From: a virus | Lineage: Duplodnaviria > Caudoviricetes | IMG/VR virus record: IMGVR_UViG_3300021387_000161 | Location: 81,523 to 145,522 of that record | DNA: 64,000 nucleotides | Strand: one strand, 5' to 3' | Shown here: positions 48,114 to 57,215 of the stretch, piece after piece | How the letters are laid out: the number at the start of each line of letters is the position of its first letter | How positions within the stretch are numbered: the first letter of the stretch is position 1 | Program-made: the position numbers and the translations under genes | Notes under the pieces: model-generated | Seen by the model: the letters and a program-made list of their open reading frames with translations, nothing else | The model's database searches: none | Told to the model about the DNA's origin: nothing

Positions 48114-49310
48114 TTACAGTATTTTAAAATATACAGCACCTATATCTGATTCGCCATTTCTATTTGTAGGTATACCTGATGGCTCATTTGTACCATACGT
48201 AAACCCAAGATTCTTTCTTGCTTCTGATTGTATATCAGCACTGGTACCACCATGTCTTATTGGAATTTTATAATTAGTTTTAGATCTATATACTGTTCTT
48301 GAACCATTTTCATTTATTGAGCCGTCTTCATTAGTATCTTTAGACTTCCCAAGCAATACTAAATTATCCATATTATCTAAAGATGTGTCATCAGACTGCG
48401 AATCTGCAACTACACTAGATACAACAGGTTGTTTTATATTTACACCATCATTAGTTTTTACATTCGCTATTAAACTGTTTGTAACATTAAGGTTACCTAT
48501 ATCACCTTTTGTTGGACCACCAACTCTGAATACAAACTTATCGCCAAGTTCTGCAAGTAAATGATAATATGTTCTTGCGGATAAAAATGATTCATAACCA
48601 GTTTTATCTCTATTGAATATCATAGATATAAAATGTCCACCTTGATCTAAACCACAGAAAGGTATAAAAAATCTACCAGGTGATACCCAAAGTGTATTAC
48701 CATAGTATTCAAAACTTAGCATTTGTTTATTAGTATTAAAGGTATCTTCCTTTATGTTATTTATTCTTATAACTTCTTTCTCTAACATAAAGTAATATTG
48801 CTTTCCTCCATCAACTTCTGTATCTGGAGAAGGAATAAAACTACCTTCTGAATACTCATAGTATCCCTTATCGGCAGGACTCCCAGTTGGATTATTAACT
48901 ACTGAATATAAATTATCTAATTGAATTTCTTTACAATATATTTTTGAAAAGTTAGCAAGATCAGAATAATTATTAGTAGTTATATTTGAGTTTTTTTCAT
49001 CTGGTACTGTAATATCTAATCCCCATACAACGCATGGGAATCCTTCAGGTGCACCAGATAGATCATATGATTTCCCAACCTCTCTATCGTAATCAATATT
49101 AATACCGCCACCTACAAATTTTATTATATCACCAAGTAGAGCTGACCAAGCCCAACTTTTGTTACCTGTTGTATTATCTGTAGTAAATACAAAAGGAGCT
49201 TCAATAGAAGATACCAACCCACAAAAATCATTATTAGCAAAATTAAATAATTCAGCTACTTTTTCAGCATTTAATGACTGATATTTTGTATTATATACCC
49301 TAATTGCCAT
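48114..49310 (-). CDS. Putative tail/virion structural protein
   Basis: PIRHGGT.A....ARKNLGF.YGT..P......GAVYFKI tail-fibre-type end; Tyr repeat motif. Confidence 0.5.
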   Translation of the reverse strand: MAIRVYNTKYQSLNAEKVAELFNFANNDFCGLVSSIEAPFVFTTDNTTGNKSWAWSALLGDIIKFVGGGINIDYDREVGKSYDLSGAPEGFPCVVWGLDITVPDEKNSNITTNNYSDLANFSKIYCKEIQLDNLYSVVNNPTGSPADKGYYEYSEGSFIPSPDTEVDGGKQYYFMLEKEVIRINNIKEDTFNTNKQMLSFEYYGNTLWVSPGRFFIPFCGLDQGGHFISMIFNRDKTGYESFLSARTYYHLLAELGDKFVFRVGGPTKGDIGNLNVTNSLIANVKTNDGVNIKQPVVSSVVADSQSDDTSLDNMDNLVLLGKSKDTNEDGSINENGSRTVYRSKTNYKIPIRHGGTSADIQSEARKNLGFTYGTNEPSGIPTNRNGESDIGAVYFKIL

Positions 49311-49322
49311 TAATAGTTTTCC

Positions 49323-49703
49323 TTAATTATCTTGATATACTGCTGTTAATACTATATCATCATAACCTTCCATAACAGCAGTTTTTAATTCTGTATAATC
49401 TTCTTGAGATATAATTACTGTTTTATCTCCATAACTAAATTCCCAACCAGAAAATGTTTTATCTTCTATTTGTTCTGGTACTGGAAATTTAATTCTATTT
49501 TTATTTGGTGAATAAACTTCATCTGAAAGTAAATCGTTATTAACAGAATAAAATCTTAATCTGAATACAATAGGTTCAATATATTCTTTAACTAATTTTC
49601 TATCATACTTTTTCTTAAGATAATTTTTATTTCTTCTATCCCACTTAAATGGGTATTCATAACAAAATAATTCACTTTCATATGAATCGTATTTATTAGT
49701 CAT
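49323..49703 (-). CDS. Small protein with InlB B-repeat-like domain
   Basis: PVPEQIEDKTFSGW...DIVLTAVY; start reassigned to MTNKY at 49703. Confidence 0.5.
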   Translation of the reverse strand: MTNKYDSYESELFCYEYPFKWDRRNKNYLKKKYDRKLVKEYIEPIVFRLRFYSVNNDLLSDEVYSPNKNRIKFPVPEQIEDKTFSGWEFSYGDKTVIISQEDYTELKTAVMEGYDDIVLTAVYQDN

Positions 49704-51195
49704 TTTCTGTCCAATTAAAATTTTGCATCGCATTGGATAATTCATTGACTTCATATCCAAGCGTTTTTATAATACTAGCAGAAGTATCAAATCCATCTGA
49801 AGTATTATCTGCTAAAGAATAATAAGCTTGTTTCAGTTCTTGAAGAATTTTTTTCATTTCTGATCTAAAATCATCTTTAGAAGTCAAGTCTTCGTTTAAA
49901 GTACTTTCTGATAGTAACTTTTGACCTTCTTCTTTAGTTAAATGGTGTTTACTAACTAAATTTTTAACGTATTGTTCAGGTGACCAATCTTTTGGCATCT
50001 TGCCTTCTTTAAATCTTTTTATCTGTTCTTTTGCTATATCAAACTTAACAGACTCTGTCATTAAATTACCATCTCTAGTAAAAGATAATTTAAACAATCT
50101 ATTTACTAAATCACCAATTTCTTCGCCAGTTACATGATCATCTTTAGCAAATACTTTAGATAGCGTTTTTAATGCTCTAGATATAAATTCTTTTTTATCC
50201 TCATCAGATATTTTAAATTTATTTTCAAATTCTTTTTTTGATAAAAAATTTATCAATTGCTTTTCTAACACAGCTTTCTTGTCTCCAAAAGCTTCTGTTA
50301 GAGATTCATTATACTCTTCCCACTCACCATCGTCTATAAAATGAAATTCAAACCACTCTAAAGCTTGAGCCCATTCATCAGGAGTTACCTGCTTATTTCG
50401 CCACTTAAATGCTACATCTTCTAACGCATGATAAACATCACTATTGAAATTCTGGATTTCGCCTTGTGATAAATCTTCAGCTAAGTTTGTAACATTTTTA
50501 AAAAAATCATCGTATGCATACTTAAAAGCTGCTTCCATTTCTTCTCTAGTCACATTCTGATATTTCCGGAATACTTCCTCAATAGCATCACTTATATCAA
50601 CATTTAAACATAATTGACCATGCTCACTAAGGTCTTCACCTAAGGGCATGACATCTTCATCAAATAATGCCTCACTCAGATGCATAGCTTTAAGAGCTTT
50701 TGAAGTTACCTTCTTACCAGTCTCACCTTCTTTAGGAATTGTTTCTTTAGCTAACTTCTCATTTTCTTTTAAAGCAGCTTCTTTTTCTTTATCATCTCTT
50801 TCTTTATCTTCAACTGCTTTCCCAAATACAGGATCAACATTTGTTGACACCTTTTCTGGAACATTAGGGAAATTTTCACTTAATTTCATTTCTTCTACCT
50901 TTATATCTGTATTATCTAATTCGTCAATAGCTTCTTGTTTACCATCATCTATTGATTTAGCATTTGGGGAAATTAGCTCAACCAGCTGTTGTAATTTCCC
51001 AACATTCTTATTTTCATCTTCTAGTATGCTTTGAATTACTGGTACTAAATCTTCATAACCTTCTTCATTTAAGTTAACAATAATACTGTTAAAATCTCTT
51101 ATATTATCCCACTTTTTATTAATAGAATCTATAATAATATCAGATATACCAGTAACAACATTTATATCTGCATTTTCTTTTAACTTTAACTTCAT
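49696..51195 (-). CDS. Acidic putative internal head polyprotein
   Basis: MKLKLKE|N, KLSE|N, HLSE|A, NLAE|D, SLTE|A, LMTE|S, LLSE|STLNE|D. Confidence 0.55.
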   Translation of the reverse strand: MKLKLKENADINVVTGISDIIIDSINKKWDNIRDFNSIIVNLNEEGYEDLVPVIQSILEDENKNVGKLQQLVELISPNAKSIDDGKQEAIDELDNTDIKVEEMKLSENFPNVPEKVSTNVDPVFGKAVEDKERDDKEKEAALKENEKLAKETIPKEGETGKKVTSKALKAMHLSEALFDEDVMPLGEDLSEHGQLCLNVDISDAIEEVFRKYQNVTREEMEAAFKYAYDDFFKNVTNLAEDLSQGEIQNFNSDVYHALEDVAFKWRNKQVTPDEWAQALEWFEFHFIDDGEWEEYNESLTEAFGDKKAVLEKQLINFLSKKEFENKFKISDEDKKEFISRALKTLSKVFAKDDHVTGEEIGDLVNRLFKLSFTRDGNLMTESVKFDIAKEQIKRFKEGKMPKDWSPEQYVKNLVSKHHLTKEEGQKLLSESTLNEDLTSKDDFRSEMKKILQELKQAYYSLADNTSDGFDTSASIIKTLGYEVNELSNAMQNFNWTEND

Positions 51196-51217
51196 ATAAA
51201 TCCTTTATAAGACTGTA

Positions 51218-52504
51218 TTATAAGTTATAAATTCTTATGGTATGATCAGCTACATAAGAATCACTACCATCATCATCTGTTACATGTTGCCAGATTTTAT
51301 AATCAAGTCCCTTATTATCTAACCACTCTTTAGCATAGTAGTCAAATCTTGCGTGATCGTGTTTCCAATCACCACTTATACTAAATGTAATAGTGTTATC
51401 AAATTGAGCATCATACCAAAAATCTCTTACCCAAACTTTATCTTCTATATAATCATCTAACTCGTATGCTATCTCTTTAAGTTTATTAAATGATTCTTCA
51501 TCAAAAGCTTCTGTTATTTTCCCATCAATAACAGCATAAAATACAAAAGCAGTTCTTGTATTTTTCTTTTGTTCATACTCTGGGTCAAGGTTGGATAATA
51601 CAGGTTCCTTTTCTATATCTAGATATATATCATGAGATTCTAATGAACGTAATTCTTTTAAGAACTTTTCTGAAAAATCTTTTCCTATGGCTTCAACTAC
51701 AAAGCAATCAACAGTTCTTACCATTCGCTCTAATTCTGGATAATATCTATCATGGTAACTTTCTGCTACTTTTACATGATACTTTTCAAATATTCTTAAA
51801 ATATAATCTTCATAAATACCTACAAGAGATTCATTTAATTTATTAAATGATTCTTCATCTACATCTTCTGTAAATGATTCTTTAATAATTACTTGACAAG
51901 TATCATAATCTTTGATTATCTCACAATTATAGTTAAGATTATCTAATATGTTTTTAATCTTTAATGCTGTCTTTGGGCCGACATCGTTAATAGCACCATA
52001 CTCTACAGTTTCTATTATTCCATTATCACTTAGAATATCTTCAATTTCTTTATCAAAGTTCTTATTGATGGAATCTCTTGATGAATATACTTTTTCTTCA
52101 TTTAAGGATTCATTAGCCCTGTCTTGCGCCACCATACCAGTCATATAAGTATTTACTTCTTCAGCAGTTTTAGCTTTTCTAACAAATCTAGCTAGATCAT
52201 TTTTCTGTTGAGCAGATAATGTAGTCTTAACCGATTCAAACAACATTTCTAACTCATACGTGTTACAATTTTCATCAAACTCTTTTCTATCAAATCTTTT
52301 TAATGATTCCACTAAGGAATGGTAGTTATAATTACTATCTTCTATTTTCACTATATCTTCCTTTGGATGTTTTTTAGCATAGTTTCTTACTTCTTCAGCC
52401 GACATAGCCACATATACAGTATCACCATTACTATTCAAACCATAGTATTGAGTTAAATTTTCTTTTATTTCTTTTCCAACTGTATATTTCTTTACATCAC
52501 TCAT
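51218..52504 (-). CDS. Acidic putative internal head polyprotein
   Basis: IKE|N, LVE|S, LFE|S, LNE|E, IKE|SFTE|D, LNE|S, ITE|A; duplicated DEESFNKL. Confidence 0.55.
   Translation of the reverse strand: MSDVKKYTVGKEIKENLTQYYGLNSNGDTVYVAMSAEEVRNYAKKHPKEDIVKIEDSNYNYHSLVESLKRFDRKEFDENCNTYELEMLFESVKTTLSAQQKNDLARFVRKAKTAEEVNTYMTGMVAQDRANESLNEEKVYSSRDSINKNFDKEIEDILSDNGIIETVEYGAINDVGPKTALKIKNILDNLNYNCEIIKDYDTCQVIIKESFTEDVDEESFNKLNESLVGIYEDYILRIFEKYHVKVAESYHDRYYPELERMVRTVDCFVVEAIGKDFSEKFLKELRSLESHDIYLDIEKEPVLSNLDPEYEQKKNTRTAFVFYAVIDGKITEAFDEESFNKLKEIAYELDDYIEDKVWVRDFWYDAQFDNTITFSISGDWKHDHARFDYYAKEWLDNKGLDYKIWQHVTDDDGSDSYVADHTIRIYNL
51482..51859. repeat. 21-bp direct repeat pair inside a CDS
   Basis: TTTATTAAATGATTCTTCATC at 51482-51502 and 51839-51859, 357 bp (119 codons) apart. 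Confidence 0.85.
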
Positions 52505-52854
52505 TCTCCAGATCCTCCAGACATTTCGCCAGCAGCTTCACCACCAACGTCCATATTTTTATTAAATGTATCTATTCCTTTACCTTGGTCTGGAAGTATA
52601 GGAGATAATCCAGTCATAGGTAATTCGGCTTGTTTCTTTTTCTTTTTATACTCTTCGGATAATTCATTTTTATATTGCTTTTTAAAATATTTTATATCTG
52701 CATCTCTATCTTTAGAATTACCAGAATAAGCATAATCTACTTCATTATCTTCTAAATCTTTAACTTGTGTAATATAATTTTTAGAATATTTATCATACCA
52801 AGAATCTATATATAATTCATTGTTAATTTCAATTCTCTTCTCTATTAATATCAT
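52501..52854 (-). CDS. Hypothetical protein, possible head cargo
   Basis: Begins MILIE|K; in the late operon. Confidence 0.5.
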   Translation of the reverse strand: MILIEKRIEINNELYIDSWYDKYSKNYITQVKDLEDNEVDYAYSGNSKDRDADIKYFKKQYKNELSEEYKKKKKQAELPMTGLSPILPDQGKGIDTFNKNMDVGGEAAGEMSGGSGE

Positions 52855-53747
52855 TAGTTATACTCTTTCAATACTTCATCTATATATTTTCCAACATCTT
52901 TATATTTTGTATGAGCTATTTTAGCCTTATTCATAGATGTGTTACTTTCTATATCAGATTCTTTATTAAATAAACTCTTTTCAACAGAACATAAATATAA
53001 ATGTTTCTTAAGATCTATATGACTTAATGCTTTTTCATTCTTTAATACAACTTGATAACCTAAATGAGTTGCTGATATTGCATATAAACATTGAAGATCA
53101 GTTATTTCTCCATTAATAAATGAATCTATTATTTCAAATAAATTATTATCGGCTATAGGAGCATATACATAATCACAATTATCAATTTGCTCCTTTATTT
53201 CTTTTAATCTTGGAGTATCTAAATAATCATCAAGTTTATTTCTACATAAAGCGACAGCAAGCATCCAATCTACATCTACATTAAATCTTGCTTCTATTAA
53301 ATCTGATTTATCAAATGTAAAAATATATAATGATGAATTAATATCATTAGCTACCCACATACCTGCTTGTGAAATATCTTCTCCTAAATAGAATCCATCA
53401 CCAAAATCATTACTACTACCAGGAGCTTTTTTAAGTATTATATCACCAGTAATAGGGATATGAGCGCCATGACTTTTTATTGATATATTTCCTTTATTAT
53501 ATTCATCTTCTGCTTCTAGCCATGAAATTTCATTTAAGTATAAATTATGATTATAAGCAAAATTATATATATTCTCGAGTTGAATTTTATCTGGTATTAA
53601 TCTACCAGCTTTCATATCTGTAAATTCATCAGGAGTTAAATCTATCTGCCTATATAATTTCTCATAATCTTCTTCTGTCTCTATAAAAAGATCTTCTATA
53701 ATTTGTAGATCTTTTGTTATTTCTGTATAACTATTATCTAATATCAA
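52854..53747 (-). CDS. DUF3990-family protein (ADP-ribosyltransferase-like fold) with degenerate N-terminal HTH
   Basis: SHG...NDFGDGFYLG...QA..W, YAPIAD, LGYQ. Confidence 0.7.
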   Translation of the reverse strand: MILDNSYTEITKDLQIIEDLFIETEEDYEKLYRQIDLTPDEFTDMKAGRLIPDKIQLENIYNFAYNHNLYLNEISWLEAEDEYNKGNISIKSHGAHIPITGDIILKKAPGSSNDFGDGFYLGEDISQAGMWVANDINSSLYIFTFDKSDLIEARFNVDVDWMLAVALCRNKLDDYLDTPRLKEIKEQIDNCDYVYAPIADNNLFEIIDSFINGEITDLQCLYAISATHLGYQVVLKNEKALSHIDLKKHLYLCSVEKSLFNKESDIESNTSMNKAKIAHTKYKDVGKYIDEVLKEYN

Positions 53748-53772
53748 TATAAATCCTAAACTTAACTATATA

Positions 53773-53878
53773 TATTATTAATATGTATTATTAATATGTA
53801 ATATTATCTTTAACAATTTTGTTAATAGGGTATTAACATTTTTGTTAATAGGGTATTAACAATTTTGTTAATACGTAA
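53773..53878. repeat. Three 23-bp palindromic tandem repeats plus two AT-rich 13-mers (origin- or operator-like)
   Basis: TTAACA(A/T)TTTTGTTAATA(GG/C)GTA at 53810, 53833 and 53856; TATTATTAATATG at 53773 and 53786. Confidence 0.85.
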
Positions 53879-53886
53879 GAAAAAAA

Positions 53887-54264
53887 TTAAATAAAGTCAG
53901 ATTGTCTAACCCCAACGTCTTCATTTTCTTTAGCAGTTATTATCTGTTCTCTTGCTTCTTCCTCATAATCATTCTGAACACAGTCTTGTATATAATCATT
54001 TAGATCAGCAATATCAGGAATATCATCATGCTCATCAAATTCATCTATTAGTAATTCATAAGCAAAATCTAAATCAGCATTATTCTTAAACTCCTCAGGT
54101 GCTATTTGTTTAGCAAAATTAATAACATCTTCAGCAGATAAATATGTATCTATATAATGCCTAATATCATCATCAGAAACTTCTACTTCTTCTGTATATG
54201 TCTCAAAATCATTTTCTCCAGTCTGAAATTCAGTTTCAACATTCATGTATTTTTCTATTAGCAT
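53887..54264 (-). CDS. Acidic hypothetical protein, possible head cargo
   Basis: Begins MLIE|K; first gene after the late motif. Confidence 0.55.
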   Translation of the reverse strand: MLIEKYMNVETEFQTGENDFETYTEEVEVSDDDIRHYIDTYLSAEDVINFAKQIAPEEFKNNADLDFAYELLIDEFDEHDDIPDIADLNDYIQDCVQNDYEEEAREQIITAKENEDVGVRQSDFI

Positions 54265-54302
54265 ATCTATATCCTTAATATGATTAATTTCAATAATATA
54301 AA

Positions 54303-54312
54303 TAATTTAGCA
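54303..54312 (-). promoter_or_regulatory. Putative phage late promoter TGCTAAATTA
   Basis: Exact copy downstream of a terminator, heading the operon that leads to terminase/portal. Confidence 0.65.
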
Positions 54313-54355
54313 ATATATGAACTAATTAGATAATTTTAACAATAGAATTTAATTA

Positions 54356-54381
54356 AAAATGGGATTAAATATTAATCCCAT
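54356..54381 (-). terminator. Intrinsic terminator
   Basis: ATGGGATTAA / TTAATCCCAT hairpin plus U-run. Confidence 0.65.
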
Positions 54382-54881
54382 AAATCTTCTATATATTTTT
54401 CTAATTCTTTTAATGCTTTATGTCTTGCTTTATGTTGTAATTTATCTTTTTCTAACTCATCCTCTAACCATTCTTTTCTAGCATCTTCAGTTTCTTTAGA
54501 ATCTTTACCATATTGATCCAAATAATCCAAGTATTTATCAAAAGATTTCTCAGTTATTTGAGATTCTTCAAAATTAGACATTTCACATAACTTTATAATA
54601 TATTCTAACTTTCTTTGCCAATCTTCATATGATGTCCATCCAGGATAACTATTACCCGCATCTTTTAAGAATTTAAGACCATTTTCCATAGCCACCATAA
54701 TGAAATAATTAAAATCCCATGCATCATACTGTGATACACCATACTTTGCTCTCTGCACCATAGCTTTAATACGTATTTTAAAACATCTTATATTTTTTAT
54801 AATTCTTCTTGCAGGATAATCTAACTTAAATAAATTACTATAATCACATAAATTTAAATGATCAAACTTCTTTCTCTTCAT
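54372..54881 (-). CDS. Hypothetical protein
   Basis: 169-aa ORF coupled to the upstream gene. Confidence 0.65.
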   Translation of the reverse strand: MKRKKFDHLNLCDYSNLFKLDYPARRIIKNIRCFKIRIKAMVQRAKYGVSQYDAWDFNYFIMVAMENGLKFLKDAGNSYPGWTSYEDWQRKLEYIIKLCEMSNFEESQITEKSFDKYLDYLDQYGKDSKETEDARKEWLEDELEKDKLQHKARHKALKELEKYIEDLWD

Positions 54882-55086
54882 TTTTAAACTCCACTAATTT
54901 ATTTAGGTACCATTGACCTTTTTTAAGATCTTCTAAACCGTTTTTCTTTCTGTATCTAGAAAGATATTTTAATACATTACCAACTAAATATCCTTCAAAC
55001 TGTTCACTTGTTAATTTATCTTCCAAATAATCTATAACTTCTATTTTACCAACGTAATGTGCTGGGTGATTTACCATATCTGTCAT
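54862..55086 (-). CDS. DUF3310 (SaV-like) protein
   Basis: DMVNHPAHY...IEVID...GNVLKYLSRY..KNGLEDLKK..WYL. Confidence 0.9.
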   Translation of the reverse strand: MTDMVNHPAHYVGKIEVIDYLEDKLTSEQFEGYLVGNVLKYLSRYRKKNGLEDLKKGQWYLNKLVEFKNEEKEV

Positions 55087-55087
55087 A

Positions 55088-55732
55088 TTAAGTATACATC
55101 TCCTTCTTTAATTTTTTAGCTGCCTTTATATATTCTTCCCATAATCCAGATTTATGAACAAATTCTTTAGCGTTCAATCTAGATGATTTTTGTGCCTCTT
55201 TCAAATTATTATTCTCAAGAAATTCTGAAGCAAGTTTTCTTCCAAACTGCATCTTTTCTGTTTTAGTAAGCCCATTCGTTATTTTATTTAACTTATCAAG
55301 ATCATTATCATTAATATCATAATTAACCTTTGGTAAATTCCTATTGGAGTTCCACTTAATAGAAGCACCACTCGTTTTAGGTTTAACTATGGTTGCTATT
55401 TTTTTCATATCTTCATCATTAAAGAATATTAATCCATCTTCTCCAACTATATCTAATTTTAGATATATAGATTTATATTTGTCTTTCAATTCTTTATATA
55501 CATTTCTAGCAGTACTTGCTTTATTATAAAAACATATAACTAGTTTACCATCTTCATAAGTATGCTTGATAATACTTTTTCCTCTACTGCATGGTATATA
55601 TAAATCATCATATGAACTATCTATACTTCCGTTTTCATCCTTTGGAAAATCATTGGTATCTAAATCTAAGTAACCTAAAACTCTATAGGTACCAGTATAC
55701 TTTTCCAAATATCTAAACATTTTTTTACACAT
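55088..55732 (-). CDS. Hypothetical protein
   Basis: 214-aa ORF in the early island. Confidence 0.65.
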   Translation of the reverse strand: MCKKMFRYLEKYTGTYRVLGYLDLDTNDFPKDENGSIDSSYDDLYIPCSRGKSIIKHTYEDGKLVICFYNKASTARNVYKELKDKYKSIYLKLDIVGEDGLIFFNDEDMKKIATIVKPKTSGASIKWNSNRNLPKVNYDINDNDLDKLNKITNGLTKTEKMQFGRKLASEFLENNNLKEAQKSSRLNAKEFVHKSGLWEEYIKAAKKLKKEMYT

Positions 55733-55743
55733 AACTTGACACC

Positions 55744-56055
55744 TTAAATTACCATACCCAATAAATATGCCCCTCCAATTAATACTATTGCTATAATAAC
55801 ACCAATTATACTATAAACAGGATGTTCTTTTAGACTAATATTATTACTCCTATAACCGTTAAATGTTACAGTATCAACTTTATATTTATCATTTTTATAT
55901 TTATCTTCTCTTATCTTATCATTAGCAGCATCCATTAACGCCATTTTTGACATTGACTCATATCTAATTGCTTCCGATTCGTTACCACTATTTCTAGATA
56001 TATAAGAATTCCATTCATACTTTCTTGCAAGATCTAAATTAGATTTTGAGCTCAT
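55744..56055 (-). CDS. Hypothetical membrane protein
   Basis: C-terminal hydrophobic helix. Confidence 0.6.
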   Translation of the reverse strand: MSSKSNLDLARKYEWNSYISRNSGNESEAIRYESMSKMALMDAANDKIREDKYKNDKYKVDTVTFNGYRSNNISLKEHPVYSIIGVIIAIVLIGGAYLLGMVI

Positions 56056-56057
56056 AA

Positions 56058-56276
56058 TTATTCTCCTTTCAAATTCTTTATCATTTCCGTTCTTTGCTCT
56101 TCATCCATATAGGCTATTTTGCAACTTTCATTTATAACAGCTATTGCTTCTTCTTGTGATAAATTAAACTCTGTTTCTAATACTGTAATTAATTGTACAA
56201 CTAAATGAGTAAACTCAACACATATTGATTTAGCTGTTCCTTCAACATAGGCAATATTATTTTCAACCCTAAGCAT
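56058..56276 (-). CDS. Hypothetical protein
   Basis: 72 aa with GAGG SD. Confidence 0.6.
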   Translation of the reverse strand: MLRVENNIAYVEGTAKSICVEFTHLVVQLITVLETEFNLSQEEAIAVINESCKIAYMDEEQRTEMIKNLKGE

Positions 56277-56281
56277 AATTA

Positions 56282-57199
56282 TTACCTCAATGCTTTGTAG
56301 AAATTATCTAGTACGATATTTCCATTAACTAGATTACACCAACTATTTTCATAATAATTAGCAGTATTTCTAATTGGCTGTTTATGACTAATTAAATCAG
56401 ACATAGCATTTAGTGCCCCATAAGCTGTACCTTTATATTTAATAATATCCTGTTCGTTATAACATTTTATGAAATTATCTTTCATAATAGATACATTTTT
56501 AATCTTTCTTTCAGAATCTTTAAGTGGATCAACAGGAAACAGATTATCAAATATATCTTCTATTTTATCATCCGTTACTTTAATATGTGCTAACCTATCA
56601 AGCTCAATTCTTAATTCTAACATGTAATCATTTACAAGACCCAACGTGTATTTGGCTTCCTCCAATTTTGTATAAATACTTCTAGTATGTTTCGTTGTCC
56701 ATGATCTTTCTGCTCGTTTAAGTGCCAGATTAAGCATATTAGCACAAACAACCCTAATTGGAGTCATCATTACTTTAACACCAGATGATCCATCATGTGA
56801 ATTAACAAATACTACATTAGTATCTATATCGTCTCCAAGAATATCTTGTGATTCAAATTTACCCATAATCCATATAGATTTACCATTTCTAAAGCTACCA
56901 GCTTTATCAAACATAAATCCATCATCAGTTAGATCATTTACAAATTCAAAAGCTTCTTTATTTTGTACAATACTATATTTATCTGATACAATACCTAAAA
57001 GATTTCCATTACGTTCATTTACATTAGCTCTAAATCCTGGATATTCTCTACCATTTTCATCATATAATGATTTTGATAAAACATTCCAATCCATATCTGC
57101 TGCAACCAGTGCTTCTTCTATTGAAGTAGACTTTGAAATATCTACTGTTCCAAACGCATTTACATAAGGTAATTCTCTATTCATAAAACTCATAATCAA
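56282..57199 (-). CDS. DUF932 (TIGR03299-like) phage/plasmid protein
   Basis: LGIVSDKYSIVQNKEAFEF, NSHDGS, TPIRVVCANML, KHT. Confidence 0.88.
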   Translation of the reverse strand: MIMSFMNRELPYVNAFGTVDISKSTSIEEALVAADMDWNVLSKSLYDENGREYPGFRANVNERNGNLLGIVSDKYSIVQNKEAFEFVNDLTDDGFMFDKAGSFRNGKSIWIMGKFESQDILGDDIDTNVVFVNSHDGSSGVKVMMTPIRVVCANMLNLALKRAERSWTTKHTRSIYTKLEEAKYTLGLVNDYMLELRIELDRLAHIKVTDDKIEDIFDNLFPVDPLKDSERKIKNVSIMKDNFIKCYNEQDIIKYKGTAYGALNAMSDLISHKQPIRNTANYYENSWCNLVNGNIVLDNFYKALR

Positions 57200-57215
57200 A
57201 CCTCCTTAACAAACA

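Noticed and set aside
53810-53878. CRISPR mini-array
   Set aside because: The repeats are directly adjacent with no unique spacers, and no cas genes are present.
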